This document shows positions 60,219-64,000 of a DNA stretch of 64,000 nt, in pieces. Source of the DNA: Clostridium sp. (GTDB taxonomy: Bacteria > Bacillota > Clostridia > Clostridiales > Clostridiaceae); contig JBLHPD010000002.1 of assembly GCA_047624165.1 (NCBI GenBank), forward strand, positions 732-64,731. The letters run 5' to 3'. Positions within the stretch are counted from its first letter, which is position 1. Each line of letters starts with the position of its first letter. A model generated the notes under the pieces. That model was not told where the DNA came from. It did no database searches and saw nothing but the letters and a program-made list of their open reading frames with translations. Both the position numbers and the translations under genes were made by a program.

Positions 60219-61327
60219 TGCTAAAGGTTTTAATAGTAGATGATGAATTTTATTCAAGGGAAGGGCTTAAAAATGTAATTTCTTGGGGAGATTTTGGATG
60301 CGAAGTTTGTGGGGAGGCTGAGGATGCGGAGGTAGCTATAGAACTAGCAAGAAGGTTTAAGCCAGACCTTATAATAACTGATATAAATATGCCAACTATG
60401 AATGGAATAGATATGGCAAAGGTTATATTGAAGGAGCTTGTCAGTACAAAGTTTATAATAATAACAGGATATGATGACTTTCAATATGCAAGAGGAGCTA
60501 TAAAAATAAATGCTGTTGATTTTATACTTAAGCCTATAGAAATAGAAGAGTTTTTAGAAGCTTTAAAAAAAGCAGTTAACATTATAAATAATGATAAGAT
60601 AAGCAAACGTTTGTATTATGAAAATCAACTTCATGAGGATTCTTTTTATAAAGGCGGAGGGAAGCTTAATAAGGAAAAGAAAAATACAGCTTTAATTCTA
60701 GATTACGCTATAGTAAATGAAAATATTAAAGAAATTACAAAGAGCATAATTTATAATAACAGAAAAGCAGTAGAAAAAAGTTTGGATGAATTATATAAAT
60801 ATATTAGAAAAGGTAAATTTGATAAAAATATTATCCTTAAGATAAATTTCGAATTAATATTTAAAATTAAAAATGAGCTAACTAGTTTATCCATTCCAAT
60901 AACGGAACTTGAAAAATTAGAGCTAAAGGGAGACTACAATAATATACAAGAAATAGAAACCGTTATGTATGGATTTTTGATGGCTTCTATAGATTTAGTT
61001 AGAGAATATTATGGCAAACTAGAGGATAATAGCTTAGGGAAGGCAATAAAATATATAAACGAAAATTTTAATAATAATATTTCATTAAAAATTGTTGCGA
61101 ATCAGGTCTATTTAAATGAAAGCTATTTAAGTAGAAGTTTAAAGTATAGATTAGGTATGGGATTTTCAGAATATATAAGGGGACTTAGGATGGAAAAAGC
61201 AATAGAGTTACTGAAAAAAGGACATTCAATTTCTAGAGTGGCCCAGGAAGTTGGGTATTCAGACTATAGGCAATTTTCAATAAATTTTAAAAAGCATACA
61301 GGATATAACCCTAGTTCCTATCGTTAA
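60218..61327 (+). CDS. YesN-type response regulator (REC + AraC)
   Basis: VLIVDDE, TDINMP, LKP; AraC HTH YLNESYLSR...VGYSDYRQF...FKK.TG. Confidence 0.94.
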   Translation: MLKVLIVDDEFYSREGLKNVISWGDFGCEVCGEAEDAEVAIELARRFKPDLIITDINMPTMNGIDMAKVILKELVSTKFIIITGYDDFQYARGAIKINAVDFILKPIEIEEFLEALKKAVNIINNDKISKRLYYENQLHEDSFYKGGGKLNKEKKNTALILDYAIVNENIKEITKSIIYNNRKAVEKSLDELYKYIRKGKFDKNIILKINFELIFKIKNELTSLSIPITELEKLELKGDYNNIQEIETVMYGFLMASIDLVREYYGKLEDNSLGKAIKYINENFNNNISLKIVANQVYLNESYLSRSLKYRLGMGFSEYIRGLRMEKAIELLKKGHSISRVAQEVGYSDYRQFSINFKKHTGYNPSSYR

Positions 61328-61522
61328 TGGAGTAACCTCTCTAGCAAAAACAATTTAGATTAACCTATCTTTTTATTGCTCATGGATTAAATGTATCAAA
61401 ACATATTAGTAGTTATACAGCAATAAAAAATGGAAACTAAACAAGAATTTATTGACGCAAAAGGAATAGTGTAGTAATGTTAGAATCAATTGGTTGTTAC
61501 TAAAAATAAAAGGAAGATGATT

Positions 61523-61975
61523 ATGAAAAAAGATGAAGTTTTGAAAAGATTGCATAGTATAAGTGAAATACTTACAACAGTAAAACCACCAACTTCTAAA
61601 AATGAAAATATTCAATTAGGAGGGTTGCCACATAGCGCTAGAGATATTTTGGTACAATTATATGCAAAAGGGGAAATGAATCAACTTACATTATCTAAAC
61701 ATGTTGGCTGTTCTCCTCAGGCTATATCGAAATCTGTTAGTATTTTAGAGAGAAAAGGTTTAATTATTAAAAATAGTATTTCTCGAAAAAATCAAAATAA
61801 TATAATACTAACGCAAGTAGGAAAAGAAGCCGCAGTACAATTAAAAAAAATAATTGAAGAACATGCTGAAATGGTTTTTAACGGATTTTGCGATGAAGAT
61901 ATATCTGCATTTAGCGTTTTTTTGAAACAAATTTATGAAAATATGAATAATGGAGAAGGAAGGGAGATAAAATGA
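61523..61975 (+). CDS. MarR family transcriptional regulator
   Basis: NQLTLSKHVGCSPQAISKSVSILERKGLI...LT..G. Confidence 0.85.
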   Translation: MKKDEVLKRLHSISEILTTVKPPTSKNENIQLGGLPHSARDILVQLYAKGEMNQLTLSKHVGCSPQAISKSVSILERKGLIIKNSISRKNQNNIILTQVGKEAAVQLKKIIEEHAEMVFNGFCDEDISAFSVFLKQIYENMNNGEGREIK

Positions 61976-62796
61976 AAAAAATAGTTACATTTATTTTAAC
62001 AATAACAATGCTATTTATATTGGGAGGCTGTAGCAAAAAAAATCAGGGAGGCGCGGGTGTAAGTGGAGATATGGTGTCTGTTGATGATGCCAATACACTC
62101 GAGGCAAAGCTTCTTGCAAAAGTTGGATATAAAGCGGCAGCAGGCGGTTATCCTATTGTTGATACTAATGAAACAATTTTTTATTCTAATGATGCTATTA
62201 TTGATGCACCTGCTAAAGACGAGAGTTTTTACGGTCAGGATGCTACATATAGTGGGAATAAGCCAAGTTATACGAATAACAACGACGGTACTATTACTGA
62301 TAATGTAACTGGATTAATATGGCAGAAAGATCCGGGAGAAAAAATGAATTGGGAAACAGCTGTTAGTGAACTAGATAATTTTGAATTAGCTGGTAATGAT
62401 GATTGGCGTATTCCTACAATTAAGGAATTGTATTCTCTCGTTCAATACTCAGGTAAAACGGGAACATCAGGTGACACTTCAATACCATATATTGATACAA
62501 ATTACTTTGTATTTACCTATGGTGATGCTGCAGGAGAACCTCGTTTTATTGACTCTCAGATATTGACTAGTACAATATACGATTCAACTACGCTTGGTGG
62601 TGATACAACAGTGTTTGGTTATAATTTTGCAGATGGACGTATTAAGGGATATGAAGTCACAAAAAACTTTTATTGTTACCATGTTAGAGGAAACATAAAT
62701 TACGGACAAAATTTATTTGTTGATAATAATGATGAAACGATTACCATGTTTTCTAATACCTACAGGGAGAGCATTATTGAAACTAATTTCTTTTAA
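61972..62796 (+). pseudogene. DUF1566 (Lcl)-domain lipoprotein, 3'-truncated
   Basis: Lipobox LGGC; NNDGTITDNVTGLIWQ, DWRIPTIKEL; second repeat breaks after DNNDETIT and reads into the antisense of the next gene. Confidence 0.75.
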
Positions 62797-62991
62797 GAAT
62801 TTTTGTAATATAGAGCCTCTAGGACAATAGTGGGAACAGTGAATTTTACCTCTTCCTTTTATGGCGTGATGCATTGGCATAGTCATGCATAAAATTCCAA
62901 ATAATCCAAATCTAATATCCGATATTGAAAGTAAAATAAATGAAACCATTATAATCCATGACCAATTTTGATGTGATTTTTTCTTTGTCAT
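62713..62991 (-). pseudogene. 4Fe-4S-binding membrane protein, 3'-truncated
   Basis: TM segment, then GKIHCSHYCPRGS (CxxxCP); last codons are antisense of the DUF1566 gene; SD AGGAGG. Confidence 0.72.
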
Positions 62992-63020
62992 AAATACCTC
63001 CTGAATGAATGATTAATTAA

Positions 63021-63053
63021 GACCATTATACCTATAGGGGGTATAATGGTCAA
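63021..63053 (-). promoter_or_regulatory. sigma-A promoter with CsoR/CstR-family operator in the spacer
   Basis: Minus strand TTGACC-attATACCCCCTATAGG-TATAAT; ATACC...GGGGGTAT G-tract palindrome. Confidence 0.7.
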
Positions 63054-63083
63054 TAGCAAATAAAAAAAAGTTTTATTTGCTTT

Positions 63084-63338
63084 TTAAATTGGCATTACAT
63101 GAACAATCTGCTGCAAGCGAACGAAGAATACCGTATCACTATCATATGATTTTACAACAACATGATCAGGCTTTACATCTGTTAAGATTCCCTGTAGGTT
63201 TCCTCTAACGGTTTCAATAACTACAGGTTTTCCTTTGACCTTCATTAGTGCTTCTACAACATAAGGCTCTATTAGTTCAGTGTATTTTATTGGCTGTTTA
63301 TTTATCATCATTGGCATTTGATATAACTGATAATACAT
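63084..63338 (-). CDS. YuzF/DUF2642 family (sporulation-associated, Sm-like) protein
   Basis: EPYVVEAL...GK.VVIETVRG.L.G.L.DVKPDHVV.....FFVRLQQIV. Confidence 0.85.
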   Translation of the reverse strand: MYYQLYQMPMMINKQPIKYTELIEPYVVEALMKVKGKPVVIETVRGNLQGILTDVKPDHVVVKSYDSDTVFFVRLQQIVHVMPI

Positions 63339-63410
63339 TCTTTCAACCCCAAATAAATTAATTATTACCCTACCATAGTATTTACTATGTATAAAAAAGG
63401 TTACATTAAT

Positions 63411-63572
63411 TTAGGAGGATTTTCATTGGAAGGTAATGAAATTTGGGATTTAGGTCTACTAAAGGAATTGGCACTTAGTAAAATTTATACTAGTAAAGTA
63501 GAAGCTCTCAGGTGAAAAAGACAGAGATACAATGACAAGAGGGTATCCTTATGTCATCGTATCTCTGTTTTT
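63411..63572 (+). ncRNA. Degenerate glycine riboswitch (singlet-like) with its terminator; no downstream sense gene
   Basis: 3' signature GCTCTCAGGTGAAAAAGACAGAG (63504-63526); CTACTAAAGGA resembles CACCGAAGGA; terminator 63515-63572 overlaps the P1 3' strand; 5' CTCTGGAGAG strand absent. Confidence 0.55.
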
Positions 63573-63603
63573 ATATTTTTAATTGTGGATTAGTTAATAT
63601 CCT

Positions 63604-64000
63604 TTAATAATATTTTTTTAGTACATTTCCAAGTCTTTTTATTCCCTCAACTATTTTTTCTTCACCCATACAAGAGTAATTTAATCTTGCAAAATTGTGA
63701 TGTCCGCCACCAGGGAAGAAAGAGGAACCAGGGACATATGCAACATTTTCTTTTAATGCTTCCTTAAGTATTTCCGCTGTATCAAGCCCTTCTTTTACTT
63801 CAAACCATGTAAATAATCCACCATTTGGATTTGTATGTTTTACTCCAACTGGGAAGTATTTATCCATACTTTCAATCATTAAGTTTCTTCTAACTCCATA
63901 AAGATTTTTGAGCTTTTCAATGTGGACATTTAAATCATATGTTTCCATAAATAATGCGGCTATCCTTTGGTCAAGAGAGCCACATTGAAGATCTGCTCCT
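63604..64000 (-). CDS. PLP-dependent aminotransferase (class I/II, MocR/ARO8-like), C-terminal part
   Basis: PNGGLFTW, VAYVPG..F, RLNYS, EGIKRL; frame continues past the window end. Confidence 0.88.
   Translation of the reverse strand, partial: GADLQCGSLDQRIAALFMETYDLNVHIEKLKNLYGVRRNLMIESMDKYFPVGVKHTNPNGGLFTWFEVKEGLDTAEILKEALKENVAYVPGSSFFPGGGHHNFARLNYSCMGEEKIVEGIKRLGNVLKKYY

Noticed and set aside
188-62308. Numerous short ORF-track entries antisense to or nested in long genes (e.g. 188-535, 2432-2722, 12260-12994, 18828-19256, 25510-25848)
   Set aside because: Shadows of well-supported genes on the other strand or frame; no SD or motifs.
1-64000. CRISPR array, tRNA/rRNA, prophage, intact transposase or recognisable defence system
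   Set aside because: No regularly spaced direct repeats, RNA-gene signatures or diagnostic protein motifs seen by eye.

Overview
AT-rich Clostridium-like chromosomal window with about 60 CDS. It is mostly metabolic, transport and signalling genes, with no rRNA, tRNA, CRISPR array, prophage or intact transposase. Highlights: (1) a sigma54-driven four-gene cluster (opine dehydrogenase, NhaC-family transporter, AlaDH/CEOS-like dehydrogenase, Asp/Glu-racemase-family enzyme) that looks like an uncharacterised N-(carboxyalkyl)amino-acid catabolic system. (2) A c-di-GMP phosphodiesterase heading an operon of a GlpA/LhgO-like flavoprotein triad, a LarA-like nickel-pincer enzyme and an FAH-family enzyme. 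(3) A DsbA/FrnE gene with an in-frame UGA in a UxxC motif and a SECIS-like hairpin, probably a selenoprotein truncated by the ORF track. (4) A uORF/attenuator leader in front of a now-pseudogenised Smr-less MutS2 paralogue. (5) A long structured 5' leader on hppA. (6) A 37-bp fused IS3-type end pair with a target duplication inside a terminator loop. (7) An orphaned glycine-riboswitch relic and many deletion-generated gene shards. All family assignments are motif recognition from memory; no database searches were run.
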